From the NCBI GenBank assembly GCA_951406725.2, contig OX597823.1, positions 100,192,001-100,256,000 on the forward strand: a stretch of DNA of 64,000 nt, written 5' to 3'. The notes beneath the pieces were generated by a model. That model saw only the letters and a list, made by a program, of their open reading frames with translations. It was not told the origin of the DNA and ran no database searches. Each line of letters opens with the position of its first letter. Positions within the stretch are counted from its first letter, which is position 1. Made by a program: the position numbers and the translations under genes. Positions 38,635-52,009 of the stretch are shown here, piece after piece. This DNA is from Octopus vulgaris. Its lineage: Eukaryota.

Positions 38635-41560
38635 CTTTGATACTTTGATACTTTGATAGGTTTCGGCCATTATTGGCCCAGGCCATGTCTAACTTTATAG
38701 CACCACCTGGTGAAGTCTTTCAAGTCAGAATTTGGGCACTATGGCCCACTCAAGTAGAGAGTTATTGTTTACAGAGACATATCCGGGGGTAGGGGGTTTA
38801 TCCGGGATTTCTTGAAGGAATCTGTCCAAAGACTTCTTGAACCCTATAGGGTCAGTTTCTGTTTTAATGTGTTTTGGTGTAATGTTAAAGAGAGCGGGGC
38901 CAATTGAGGTGAAATAATTGTGCCGTATTGTTGTTATGAGATGAGAGTGCGATTTTTGTTGTGGGCGGATGGCACGGGGCCCAAGCCTTGAATGTACCTT
39001 AAAGGTGATGCCAACATCATTTAAGCAATGCTGATGGAATATTTTCCACATCATGCAGATGATGTAGCGCTCACGGCGACGTTGGAGAGAATAAAGTTTT
39101 AGCTTTTCTAGTCGACCCCAATAGTCGAGGCCTGTCATGCCATTTATCTTTTTTTGTGATTGCTCTTTGAGGTGCTTCAACTTTTATGATACTTTGTTTT
39201 GTGTGGGGAGACCACAGTGGACAACAGTATTCAAGGTGGGGTCGGGCAAAAGTGGAGAAGAGAAGGATAATGGTGTGAATATCTCTCGACTGGAAAGTTC
39301 TGAGAATCCAGGAACACATTGGATAACAGCCAGTAGATCTGACTGAAGGCATGTCCGGTCACTCGCCTCATTTATGACCTTCTGGAGCTTGGAATCATCT
39401 GCAAAGATTTTTATGTTGCTGTGCTTGATGATGTCATTAATGTCATTAATGTAGATGATGAAAAGAAGTGGGCCCAGCACAGTGCCTTGCGGAACGCCAC
39501 TACTGACTTTAGCTGGGCTTGATTTTACTCCTTCAACTACAACATGTTGAGATCTGTCTGTCAGGAAACACTTGATCCATTTCAGTAACTTTCCAGAGAC
39601 ACCAATTTTGGATAGTTTTTTCAATAGGATCTTGTGATCAACCCAGTCGAAGGCCTTGCTGAAATCAAGGTAGATGACATCGGTGTTGGAGCCCTCTCCC
39701 AAAGCTCTCAAAATGTCATCAAAGTGATGCAGGAGCTGCGTTAGGCAGTCCCTTCCATTACGGAACCCATGTTGGTTAGAGATCAGCCGTCTGTTGCTTT
39801 CCAGAAATTGGGTTATTCGAGATCTCACCACCCTCTCAAATACCTTGATGATATGAGAGGTGAGTGAGATCGGACGGTAGTTCACTGCAAGGGACTTGTT
39901 TCCCTTTTTGAAAACTGGGACAACAGACTGGGACAGAAAGTTTTTAGGAATATAGCCAGCATCCAGTGAGTTTCTCCACAGATTAGCATGGGGAGATGCA
40001 AGTTGGTGTCGACACACCTTCAGGACACAAGCAGGGAACCTATCGGGGCCTACTGCTGAATTGTGTTTTATTTCGTTTATCGCCGCTAAGACATCAGGGG
40101 CACCAAACGTTATGTCCGATATAGTGTGTTGGGGGTTGACATCACTGATACAGCCCAGATCGGCCATATCAGGATTGCTGAAAACAGAGCAGTATTGTTT
40201 CTGCAGTATCTCGGCCATGGATTTGGCATTATCTTGGAGAGTGCCATTTTCATCAATTAGAGGGCCAACTGTGTTTCCTCGCAAATGAAAAGAACACTTT
40301 GTGGTTGAGTTTGATTTTTTCAATGGCCCACTTCTCCTCAACTGATCTTTGGTTATTGATGAGGGTCTTCATGCATTGTTGGAGGTTATATTTTTTGGAT
40401 TCAAGCAGTGCGATAGCCGTTGAATGTGTGTGTTGCTGTTGGCAGTATTTTAGTTTGCTAATTTTTTTGTTTGTTCTCTTTATTTTTCTGATAATAGTTT
40501 TTCTGTTTTGGGGGATTCTGCACTTTTTGTTCACAGGTCTTGGTGGGGAGTGTTTTGCACATATGTTTGTGACGGTGTCTACAAAGATCTGCCAAGATGT
40601 TTTATTGTTGGTGGAGATGTGTGTATGTGTAAAGGACCAGTCAACATGTGATAGCTCGTTCCTGATTGCATCCCAGTTGGCATTATGGAGATCCATGTTA
40701 TCAAATGGGTGAGCTGGAGGGAGGTCACTAGGATTAGCTTTCGGCTGGTGGAATTTCATGTTACAGAGAACCATGTCATGGTCTGAAAGAAGGGTTTTTT
40801 TTTCTACTGTAATGCTATGTATAGTGTAAGTGTGGTTACTAAACACTAGGTCCAAAATGTTCTTCTGATGTCTTGTTGGTGCAAGGACAAGTTGGGACAA
40901 GAAAAACTCATTCATAAAGTCGAAAAGTGACTCTACTGCTTCTTTGTCAGCGGTTGAGGCGGGAGTGCTTGGTTTCAAACAGTTTGTAGTCCAGTCAACA
41001 CAGGGTAGATTGAAGTCTCCCATCATGAGTAGGTTGCTAGAATGGCACTGTTGAATAAAGCTCTTAATGCTGTTGAGGCATTCTTTAAAGCGCAGTATGG
41101 GTGTTTGGGGTGGCCTATAGAGCCCAACTACTGTCAGGTCATTGGCTTTGTTGTGCACGGTGACTGATTCACAGTAGCCGTTGGAGAATATGCTATTTCC
41201 ATCTGCCGTAAACGAATCATGCAGGAAAATGGCAGTTCCACCCTTCCTTCTGCCGATACGATCCGCGCGGATGGTTGTGAAATTCTTCACTCTCACTTCG
41301 GCTTCCAAGTGGGAGTTGTCAAGGTGGGTCTCAGTGAGAATGAAGAAAGGGATGTGGTGTGGATGGTTACCAACCCAGTCTTCAATGAATTGGACCTTCC
41401 ATTTTTGTGCATTGATGGAAGGGCTGACACCTTGTGCATTGAGTAGAAATGTGGAGGTTAGTGTAGTGGCTGGTTTTGACTGTTGCAGGGGGCTTGGATT
41501 TTTTTTGTGTGTTAGTGACAGCAATGTGGGGAATTGGTGCACTGGGGTAATAGCATAGGA
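38633..41560 (-). mobile_element. CR1-clade LINE ORF2 (APE + RT), 5'-truncated, internally deleted
   Basis: LLNAQG, LTETHL, YRPP, GDFN, SDH, NYRPISLTS, QHGFR, YLDFSKAFD, GVPQG, FADD, LQRRR. (ATCAAAGT)n tail. Both ends in (TA)n. Confidence 0.95.
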
Positions 41561-41971
41561 TATATATATGCATATACATTTATATTTATATATATATACA
41601 TATACATATACATTTATATTTATATATATACATATACATTTATATTTATATATACATATATATACATATATAAACATATATATATGTATATATATATATA
41701 TATATTTATGTATATATATATTCATATATATATATATAGACATATATACATATGTATATATGAATATATATGTATATATATATAAATATATATATAAATA
41801 TATGCATATAATTATATATACATATATATGCATATATATATACATATATATATACATACATATATATATACATATGTATATATATGTATATATATATACA
41901 TATGTATGTATATCTATATATATATGTATATATATGTATATATATGCATATATATATACATACATAAATAC

Positions 41972-42022
<51 letters not shown>

Positions 42023-42031
42023 CTTATGTAT

Positions 42032-42095
<64 letters not shown>

Positions 42096-42179
42096 GATAT
42101 ACATACATATATACATATATATATACATATATATATAAGTATATATATACATATATATCTGTATATATATGTATATATG

Positions 42180-42254
<75 letters not shown>

Positions 42255-42255
42255 A

Positions 42256-42730
42256 TATAAACGAGAAAGAAGCAACAAGAATGGATTAGTTTTTTGTACA
42301 ATTGTTTCATACAAAGACAGGCTTTATTAAAAGTTGCAAAAATTGCAGCAGATAAAAGTGTCCAGTACTCATCAGCTAAAATACATATGAGTTCTCCAAA
42401 CATCTTAGTGGGTGAGGCTATACTCATGAAATTATCTCCAATACTTCATGAGTATAGCCTCACCCACTAAGATGTTTGGAGAACTCATATGTATTTTAGC
42501 TGATGAGTACTGGACACTTTTATCTGCTGCAATTTTTGCAACTTTTAATAAAGCCTGTCTTTGTATGAAACAATTGTACTAAAAACTAATCCATTCTTGT
42601 TGCTTCTTTCTCGTTTATAATCACCCCACATTACTGTATGGTTAACACCATATAGTTTTCTGGTGCATCTAAGTTAAGTACCACATTCAAGTAAATTCAT
42701 TGGAATTGACTTGAATCTTAATTGCTTTTA
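42256..42730 (+). mobile_element. Penelope-like hammerhead element with 175-bp inverted duplication
   Basis: Arms 42256-42430 and 42445-42619, with the right side extending ~110 bp further. (TA)n flanks. Confidence 0.85.
42494..42584 (+). ncRNA. Type I hammerhead ribozyme (antisense twin at ~42291-42381)
   Basis: TTTTAG/CTAAAA, CTGATGA, GTAC/GTAT, GAAA, CAATTG, TA. Confidence 0.85.
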
Positions 42731-42735
42731 TATGT

Positions 42736-42809
<74 letters not shown>

Positions 42810-42919
42810 GTATGTATGTATATATATGCATATATATATATATATATTTATATATATTATATATACACATGTATATATATATACGCTTCGTCTTTTGTCT
42901 ATTTTCATAAAGCTTCCCG

Positions 42920-42966
<47 letters not shown>

Positions 42967-43251
42967 GTGAAATAGAAAGATGAATAATCTTGTAGCAGAT
43001 TAATCAAAAGTTTAACCGATACCTTGGTAGCAAAAATCACAGCAGAAGACAGCACGGTTGGAGGTACAACCATATGGTGTTGCAACCGTGCGTTGGTGCG
43101 GATAATTGAATTTTAATATTATTGGTGAATTGAAGAAATGGAGCTGAACGAAGATTGAACAGAAATCGTTTTGCCATGGGCTCTTAGGAGCCTAGTTCGA
43201 TTTGTTTTGCTCCGCCTCTGTTCTGTTTTTGTTTTTTCCAACGGATTTCCT

Positions 43252-43342
43252 ATTTCTTCCTGAAGAGAAAGACACAATATGGTCTCATTATTCAATCGGA
43301 TCTTGGTAAATTGTGCCTTTCGAAACACGTGTAGAATGAAAT
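43252..43342 (+). ncRNA. Type I hammerhead ribozyme
   Basis: ATTTCTTC/GAA(T)GAAAT, CTGAAGA, GAAAG-ACACAAT/ATTGTG-CCTTTC, GAAA, palindromic CACGTG, TA. Confidence 0.85.
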
Positions 43343-43344
43343 AA

Positions 43345-43479
<135 letters not shown>

Positions 43480-43823
43480 TTGGAAGTTTTGGAGATGATG
43501 TACAGGTATTTTATATTAGAAGAAATTAGGTACTCAGAAAATCAGATATTTATTTGTATATTACATTTTCTATACATCATATAGCTTAGATCATGTATTA
43601 GCGCCTTCTCCCATTCTAGTGGGGTTTTCAAATCAAACTAAGTTCCTGTGTGAAAAATTTTTACCAATTTATAGTGGTATTGAGTTTGTAGTGGTGGGGA
43701 GGAATATAAGACAGTACAAGAGGGTGATGTATGAGGAGAAAGTGAGAGAGAGAGCATATATATGCATATATACATACATGTATATATGTGTGTGTCTGTG
43801 TGTATGTGTGTGTGTGTGCGCGC

Positions 43824-43864
<41 letters not shown>

Positions 43865-45298
43865 TAATAACTGGTGATTCTATCAGCATTACTCAGTTCT
43901 CATATATGCATAACTGTGTAAGTGTTGATGGCTTATTTTTATCTACACAGCCTTGCTAACTAGCTGACTAATTCGACACCCCTGCCTCTGTTCGACCCGT
44001 GCACGCTTACATATACACGTGCAATACATACAGAGTTTGCGTTGCAAACGGACCTCGCCCGAACAGCTCATCTCCTCAGATAAGCTGACATTTAAAATTA
44101 AAAGTAAACCAAACCATGCTTCTTTTTATTTCGAATCTTTCCTGCTTCATCTGCTCTCACCTTTAATTCCACCTCTATATTAAGATACATTATGATTTCA
44201 CCCCATGTAAAATCTGTACTTGTTTCTCAGTGGTGAGGCCGCTCTCGATGCCTAACCAAAAGATGAAGGAATGGAGTGGGTGTTTGTTGAATAACAGCTG
44301 TACGAGAGTCGATCGTCAGCCTTGTCGACACCGATTTGTGAGTTGTACTTAATTTGATATCAGGCTGGGATAGGGAAACTTAAAATAGAATGATTGTAGC
44401 TTAGAATACATTCAAACACCGTCGTTGTCATCGCCGCCGCCGCCGCCGCCGTCGTTATCATTGCTGTTCTTCCTGTATAGCTTCGAATCAGCCCTGAACT
44501 AACAATCTTATGATCAGAAGCATTCCAGCCGTGACCATTTCGTTTTTGTTTTTATTTTTCTTAACCTTACATTATCTAATGCGTCCTTCTATTGTTTATG
44601 ACGTTAGAGTGTAGTTCGGATGAGAGGTGGCTGCTATTGAACGTGTCATGTGACCGTGTACAAAAGCTCCCTCTTTGGTTCGTGATTGTTGTTGTTTAAT
44701 GTCAAATTAACTCAGATCGAACAGCTTCCAGTCGTGAATATTATGTCTTCTTTCCCAAATACCCTCTCTGGAACTATAGTATCCAATGTGACCTCCCATT
44801 TTTGAATGGTAGCGTTAGAGTGCGAGGGAAATTTGACTGCTATTTCTACAAGGTTGAGAGACCGCGTAGTGGATCTTTCGTACTTTTTTTTATGGTGTCA
44901 GACACACCTATGGAGCAATGTTAACCAAACGAATGTTTTATAGTGAAACCTTCCCTTCCTCCAGAATTACTCTTCGGTATGTTTAACTAAGTTTGTCTTC
45001 TCAATCGTATGAAGCAGAGTTTAGAAGTGTGAAGTTGCACCCACTTCACGGTACAGCTAAAGATACACTCATCTACACATTCCATATGATTCTGGTCCGT
45101 TGATGATATCTAATTACTGTCATTGGACTTCTTGACGAAGACGAGATGTTCCCAAATGCAAAATAAACAAAATAATTTTCGGTGAAATTTATTCTGAACT
45201 TCTTGAAATTATCTCCCTTTTCCTTTGGGAGTCTCTAAAAATTGCCGCTAGATTGTTGTCTTGTTTCCCCAACTGAGATAAATTTCAATTAATTGAGA

Positions 45299-45385
<87 letters not shown>

Positions 45386-45399
45386 CACCATCATTATTA

Positions 45400-45775
45400 T
45401 TGGCTGAGAGAGCAGTGCATGCCATCAAAGTGACACTGGGGTAAAATATACGAAGCCCAGTATACCCATCATGACTACCCGTCTGATAAGGGTACACTGG
45501 GCACATGCATCACAACCATATGTGTGCAACATGGTGACTTTCAAGATAAACAGCGCATGACCTTACAGGTGGGGCCCAGTTAGAATCTTCTTCAGGTCGA
45601 GTGTCCCATCCCGCTCAAAAGGTCCCTGAGAAAGGACTGTTTAAGGATGTTGAACGAAACACCCATATTTCCAGAGGTGAATTATTCAAACCCTAAAGAA
45701 TTCCGTTCAACACATGGCTATGATGCTCCCCAACTACTTCTGCTCGTGATCAGAGATGCACATATCGTCAGCCTC
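45400..45775 (-). mobile_element. Probable retroelement 3' segment ending in (TAA)n, family unassigned
   Basis: GC-richer block abutting the (TTA)n array at 45300-45400. No diagnostic protein motif. Confidence 0.3.
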
Positions 45776-46509
45776 TTACGTCCTGAGTTCAAATCTCACC
45801 ATGGTATACTTTGCCAGCAGACTTAACCCGTTACCTGGTTTAACACCACATACCTGGCACTCTGGTTGCCGTTAGCAAAGTCCACTCTGTAGCAATCATT
45901 TGGGACAGGTTTCTGGTTTGAGGATATCTACCTCTCTCCCTCTCTCCAGTCTCCGGGGCCTCGTAACAAGTCATGGCCAATGTCTTCCTTCATGACTAAA
46001 AGATTAAAAAAAATTACATGCAAGCACAAACACACACAATATAGTTTGTTTTTATTTTGTCATGTTTTGTTTGTTTGTTGTTGTTGTTTTTTTTCTTTTT
46101 TACCTGGAGGCGTCAAAATATCATGTTCAACTTTCGGTGTGAGATTATAGAAAGCAGGAAACAAACCAACACAAAAATGCTTTCAGACAATAATGTTGAC
46201 TGTTGGTTTTCCGCCACATTTCTCAGAAGAAAGTATCCACTAGAGGTCAGCACCAACAACTCAGGCGACACTGGTAAACAGCTTATCTGGTTGACTCTGT
46301 TTGTTAACACCGATAAAGACGTCGCCTTACTCACAGCAATGTGTGATTTGTCAACAAACGAACCGTTTTATTTATCGTTCAAAGAACAACACAGAAACTT
46401 CTTTCTCTACAGTTTGTCTCCCGGTCGAATTCTTTTGCTTTCGAGATGCTACTGTTATCACCTTTTTATTTTATTCAATTCTTCACTTTTATCCATTCAT
46501 TTTATAACG

Positions 46510-46540
<31 letters not shown>

Positions 46541-46959
46541 TTTTCCTTCCTTCCTTTCCTTTTCTCCATTGAATCCACATTGTTTTCTAATTTCACGTAC
46601 AACAACAGAAACACACTGTTGCCATTGTGTCTTCTGTTCTGACTTCGTGCACAGAGTTTATTTTATTATAGTTTTCTTTCTTTTATTATTTTTTTTAATG
46701 TAAATTAGTAGACTGCGGCCATCCAATCATCATTGTCTAATCGATGAAATCCACCCGACTCAATATATCGGTCACATCGGACACAGACACAAAACCGCAC
46801 ACACACATATATACATACATATAAACATGCGTGTATATATATATATGTGTGTGTGTGTGTATGTATTAGTATATAGTACTGCATATATATATAATGTATA
46901 TATATATATATACACACACACACATATATATACATGTGTATGTATGTGTAAAACTTAAT

Positions 46960-48290
46960 AGTGCCATCTGTTGAGTCATGTTTAAGTCAAGTGTTGTGGT
47001 TTCATAGCCCATTCACTTGGGGCGTTGTTGTTGACTGAGATATGTCCAGGTATCAGCGGTTTGTCTGGAGTCATTTGAAGAAATTTGTCTAGATATCGTA
47101 TAAAGATTATGGAATTTTTTTTTCTTCCTTGATTTGTATGGGATAATATGAAATAGAGCAGGGCCTTTTGTGGCAAGATTATCGTGTTGCAATGGTGGTT
47201 GAGTGCAGTGAACCCGATTTGTGAAAGGTTCGTATGCCACGGGGTCCCATCCTTGGATGAATTGTAAATTTGATGCTAAGGTCGTTTTAGCAATGCCGGT
47301 GGTATACTCGACTACTACACATTGTGCAAATGTAGCACTCACGGTGGCGTTGGACAGAGAGGTTTTAAAGTAGTCCTAGTAATCAAGATCAGTCATGCCA
47401 TTTATTTGCTTATTTCTTTTGTAATTGCTCTTTGGAGTGTTTCAATTCTCATAATGTTATGTATAGGGAGACCACAGCGTTATTCTGGGTATGCTTGTAC
47501 AAAGGTGGAGAAAATGGCAAAGATGGCATCTGGTTCTCTGGACCGGAAAATTCTGATGATCTAGAAGCTTATCTTGCGAACCATTTCGACTTTATGGTTG
47601 ATGTGAGGCGATCCTGTGGATTTTGTTGTCAACAATTACTTCTGACTCTCTTGTTAGCCACAAGCTTTCTCCTCAAAGACAATCGATTGAATGCACTGTC
47701 TTTTCTCCAAAGTGCATGGTTTCGAATTTTCTCTCATTTGCAGCATGTTCTTTCTGTCCGCCCGTTCACTTACAGAATGCAAATCAGACTGGAGCTTTCT
47801 TTAGTCTTCTCCATTAATAAGCTTTTGAAACTTGGGTGACATCTGTAAATATTTTGTATTTTACTCAGCTTGATGACATCCGAGATATCATTTCTATGCA
47901 GAATGCAGTGAAGTGGGCCAAACACAGTGCTCTACAGAGCGTCACTGGTGACTTTGGGTGGACTTCAGTGGATTCCATCGATTGTAACATTTTCACAGAT
48001 TCAAATGTTGGACAATTTTAACAGTAGGGATTTTGTGGTTGACAACGAATGCTTTGCTGAAGTCAAAATAAATACCACCAGTGTTCGAGATAGAAGCTGT
48101 GTTAGATAGTCTATGCCGCAACGAAAGCCATGATGTTTAGAATTCAGGAGGTTGTTACACCCCAAGATGCAGGTTTTCCATGATCTTACCACTTTTTCAA
48201 GTACTTTGATGATATGAAAAGTGACATTAGGCGATATCGGTTTCTCTCTTTAAAGACGGAGATGACAGACTGGAATAAGAGATGTTTAGC
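46960..48290 (-). mobile_element. Old, degenerate CR1 LINE 3' half
   Basis: Remnants HHGFRCGIDYLTQLL and PDKPLIPGHISVNNN..SEWA, collinear with the 38.7-40 kb element. Confidence 0.8.
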
Positions 48291-48315
48291 TATAATAAGA
48301 GATGTTTAGCTATAT

Positions 48316-48356
<41 letters not shown>

Positions 48357-48781
48357 AAAAATGGGCTTTTTTTACCCAATATTTTACCCGCTATTATTGA
48401 TGGCTTTATCCTCTTCGATTTCCACTGTTAAAAGCGAATTATTTCATACACACACGGATAGATAGAAAGAGAGAAAGATAAACATATACTATACACACAC
48501 ATGCGTATGTATATGTACATATATTTATATTTACACACACACACACTAGTGTGTGTGTGTGTGTGTGTATTTGGGTGCTGCTGTTGACACAAGAACCAGC
48601 GTCTACGTATACATAAAACTACAATTACATTTCATTTTCGTGCAGAAATACAAATACAATCATGTGAATATATATTTATCATATTCAACTATATTCACTT
48701 CCGTTTACATTAGAATGTATAAATGTATGTGCAAGAGAGCAGGGGAAAGAGGACACGGACAAACGCACGCGCACAAAACTC

Positions 48782-48894
<113 letters not shown>

Positions 48895-48934
48895 TGTGTA
48901 TGTGTGTGCGTGCGTGCGTGAGTGTGTATACATA

Positions 48935-49066
48935 GGCACAGGAGTGGCTATGTGCTTACCAGCCACATGGTTCCGGGTTCAGTCCCACTGCGTGGCACCT
49001 TAGGCAAGTGTCTACTACTATAGCCTCGTGCCGACCAAAGCATACATACATACATACATACATACA

Positions 49067-49100
<34 letters not shown>

Positions 49101-49345
49101 CATACATACACACATATGCACATATATACATGTATACGTTTGTGTGTCTGTGTTTGTCTCCCCCTACCATCGCTTGACAACCGATGTTGGTGTGTTTACG
49201 TCCCCGTAACTTAGCGGTTCGGTAAAACTGGCCGATAGAATAAGCACTAGGCTTACAAAGAATAAGTTATGGGGTCGATTTGCTCGACTAAAGGCGGTGC
49301 TCCAGCATGGCCGCAGGCAAATGACTGAAATAAATAAATAAAAAG
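48935..49345 (+). mobile_element. tRNA-derived SINE (family D) with CR1-like tail
   Basis: GGTTCAGTCCC B-box-like motif, internal (CATA)n and tail GGCGGTGCTCCAGCATGGCCGCAG..TGACTGAAA. Confidence 0.8.
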
Positions 49346-49356
49346 AAAAAAGAAAG

Positions 49357-49395
<39 letters not shown>

Positions 49396-49554
49396 GTGAC
49401 AATTAGTTGGTTGTCATAATAAAACTCAGAGTTTCAGATGCTGGAGCAGACTTCAGCTCCGACATCTCATCAGTTATTAAGACAAACAAAAATGCTATGA
49501 AAAAAAAAACGTTGAATAAAGAATATCGAAGTCTCATTTATTATTTCGCTGTTA

Positions 49555-49617
<63 letters not shown>

Positions 49618-50602
49618 CAATATATATATATACGCACACACGCGCACACACGCGCGCACACACACACACACAATCATTATTCAAAGTGGAGTCAAGAACT
49701 TATAAAGTTTTGTCAACTGGAACATTTCTTCTGTTGACATTTGTTATTATTTCCATTTTTTCTAGTTTATAAATGTTTTCGTTCGCTAATTGTTATTCCT
49801 AGATTTTTGCTCTACCACCCTCCATAGAATTGTTATTGCAGAACTTGTTTAACATCCCAGTCTCCTATCGTGTGTCATGGCCAATATTTCACTTCGTCTC
49901 CATTGACTTTTAAAGAAAGAAGTAAAAAAAAAATGGGAAAGGCAGGAAGAGAGAAGAATATTTTTGTTAAAACCGGAATAGCAGCTTTTCATTCTCATTT
50001 TCTTGTATTCTTGTTTAAATTTCTGTTTCGTCGTTGAAGCCATGTTAAAAAATATATCTTGTCATTGTGCTTGGTATTCTGTGAGGAAGTTACAAGGAAG
50101 AGTGTCGGGTGAGAATTTGGGATCTTCCAGAATTGCCCAAAATAAGGACTTGTGTAAATGAAACAAAATTGTTGTCAGCCCTGGAATTGACAGAATCAAT
50201 AACTGTTCAGTTTCGTTAAAAACACCAACTTTAACATTGAAACTGAAGTTGCCTGAACCACCGATGATTGGGAGGAGGGATATTTTGAAATCTGGATGTG
50301 ATGGTAAAAAATGGATATAAAAACAACCCCTTCAAATTAGGTGAAAATGTCTTGAAAATAAAATACCTCTTTGGTTGTGTAACCGGATCAAATATCGCAG
50401 GACATCCAGTTCGACGACCTGACACTCATCTACACCAATCTACTATCATGGTTTGATATTTTTATTCTATCGACCACTGCCTATTTTCACAGCCACCATT
50501 TTAAAAATCAAATCTTCTATAGACTGTTGGATAGACTTTATTTTATCGACATAAGGGAGACAAAGATTTAAGTATTGCTCTAACGATCGGTTAAGTTTCC
50601 AT

Positions 50603-50643
<41 letters not shown>

Positions 50644-50728
50644 ACACACACACACATACACACACACACACAAAGAAGTTGCCACAGGGAATTAAAGAAA
50701 TGATCGATTATGGAAAAAGAACGATTTA

Positions 50729-51587
50729 CGAGGTCTGATCAATAAGTATCCGGGCCGATGCCATAGCAACGAAGCTAAGGCACCCAAAGTAAAGCCGCTT
50801 GGCTCAGATTGATCTTTAATTCCGCTGTGCATGCGCACTAAATTTTAACGCTCTAGCTCACTTCCGCTGTTTACAGCAGTGCTTGGAATGAATGTGTGTA
50901 GCGTGTGATCGTCGCATTGACCATGACAGAGAAAGTTGTCATGACGATACCTGCTCAGAGACCTACGCAAAGTTACAGAGAGTGTATGAGCCGTACAAAA
51001 GTGTACAAGTGGTTCAGACGTTTCCAAGATGGCCGTAAACATGTCGATATTGACGAACATTCTGGGAGACCCGCAACCAACAGAACGGAGAAAAATATCG
51101 CAGATGTGCGTTCAGCTGTGAGAAGACATCGTCGAATTCACCATCCGTGAGTTATGAGAGGACGTACAGAACGGTTCAGTTCAGGCCATTATCACTGAAG
51201 ATTTGGGTATGAGACGCGTGCCTGCCAAGTTTGTGCCAAAACTGCTTTCAGCTGACCAAAAAACACTCGATCTCGCACAAGATCTCCTTGATTGTGTCGA
51301 GAACGATGAAAACTTTGCATAGGCCTCTGAGCAGGTATCACCAAGATTTTGGCAAAATTTGATGCAAATTCTCTACTCAAATTTCTCTGCCATGGTCAAT
51401 ACGACGATAACACGCTACACACGTTCCTTCCAAGCACTGCTATAAACAGCGGAAGCGAGCTAGAACGTTAAAACTTAGAGTACGTGCACAGCAGAGTTGA
51501 AGATCAACCTGTGCCAAGCCGCTTCACTCTACGTGCTTTAGCTTCGTTACTATAGCCACAGCCCGGATACATATTGATCATACCACG
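50729..51587 (+). mobile_element. Non-autonomous mariner (Tc1/mariner) with long inverted repeats
   Basis: TA at 50727-50728 and 51588-51589. Imperfect inverted repeats of >200 bp. Transposase N-terminus MSRTKVYKWFRRFQDGR..DEHSGRP and the FVPKLL (WVPHEL-like) motif. Confidence 0.9.
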
Positions 51588-51965
51588 TAGATGGATAGAT
51601 AGATAGACAGATAGATGGACATATACCTATTTGGGTAAGTAGGTAGGTAGGTAGGTAGGTAGGTAGGTTGGTAGGTAGGTAGGTAGGTAGGTTGGTAGGT
51701 AGGTAGGTAGGTAGGTAGGTAGGTAGGTAGGTTGGTAGGTAGGTAGGTAGGTAGGTTGGTAGGTAGGTAGGTAGGTAGGTAGGTAGGTAGGTAGGTTGGT
51801 AGGTAGGTAGGTAGGTAGGTAGGTAGGTTGGTAGGTAGGTAGGTAGGTAGGTTGGAAGGTAGGTAGGTAGGTTGGTAGGTAGGTAGGTAGGAAATATGTA
51901 TGAGAGAGGGTTATGAAGACAAAGAGAAAAATGCAGAAAAGTGAGATTTTAAAAAACAATCAAGT

Positions 51966-52009
<44 letters not shown>

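Noticed and set aside
41570-41965. N-terminal extension of the 570-aa ORF
   Set aside because: Translation of degenerate (TA)n. Real CR1 sequence starts near 41560.
46100-46340. Minus-strand host exon ending at a CAG|GTAAAA donor
   Set aside because: The frames checked contain stops and there is no recognisable protein. A non-coding exon cannot be supported without RNA data.
49850-50430. Additional mariner-like remnant (SGRRTGCPAIFD)
   Set aside because: Too degenerate; no TIR or TA duplication found.
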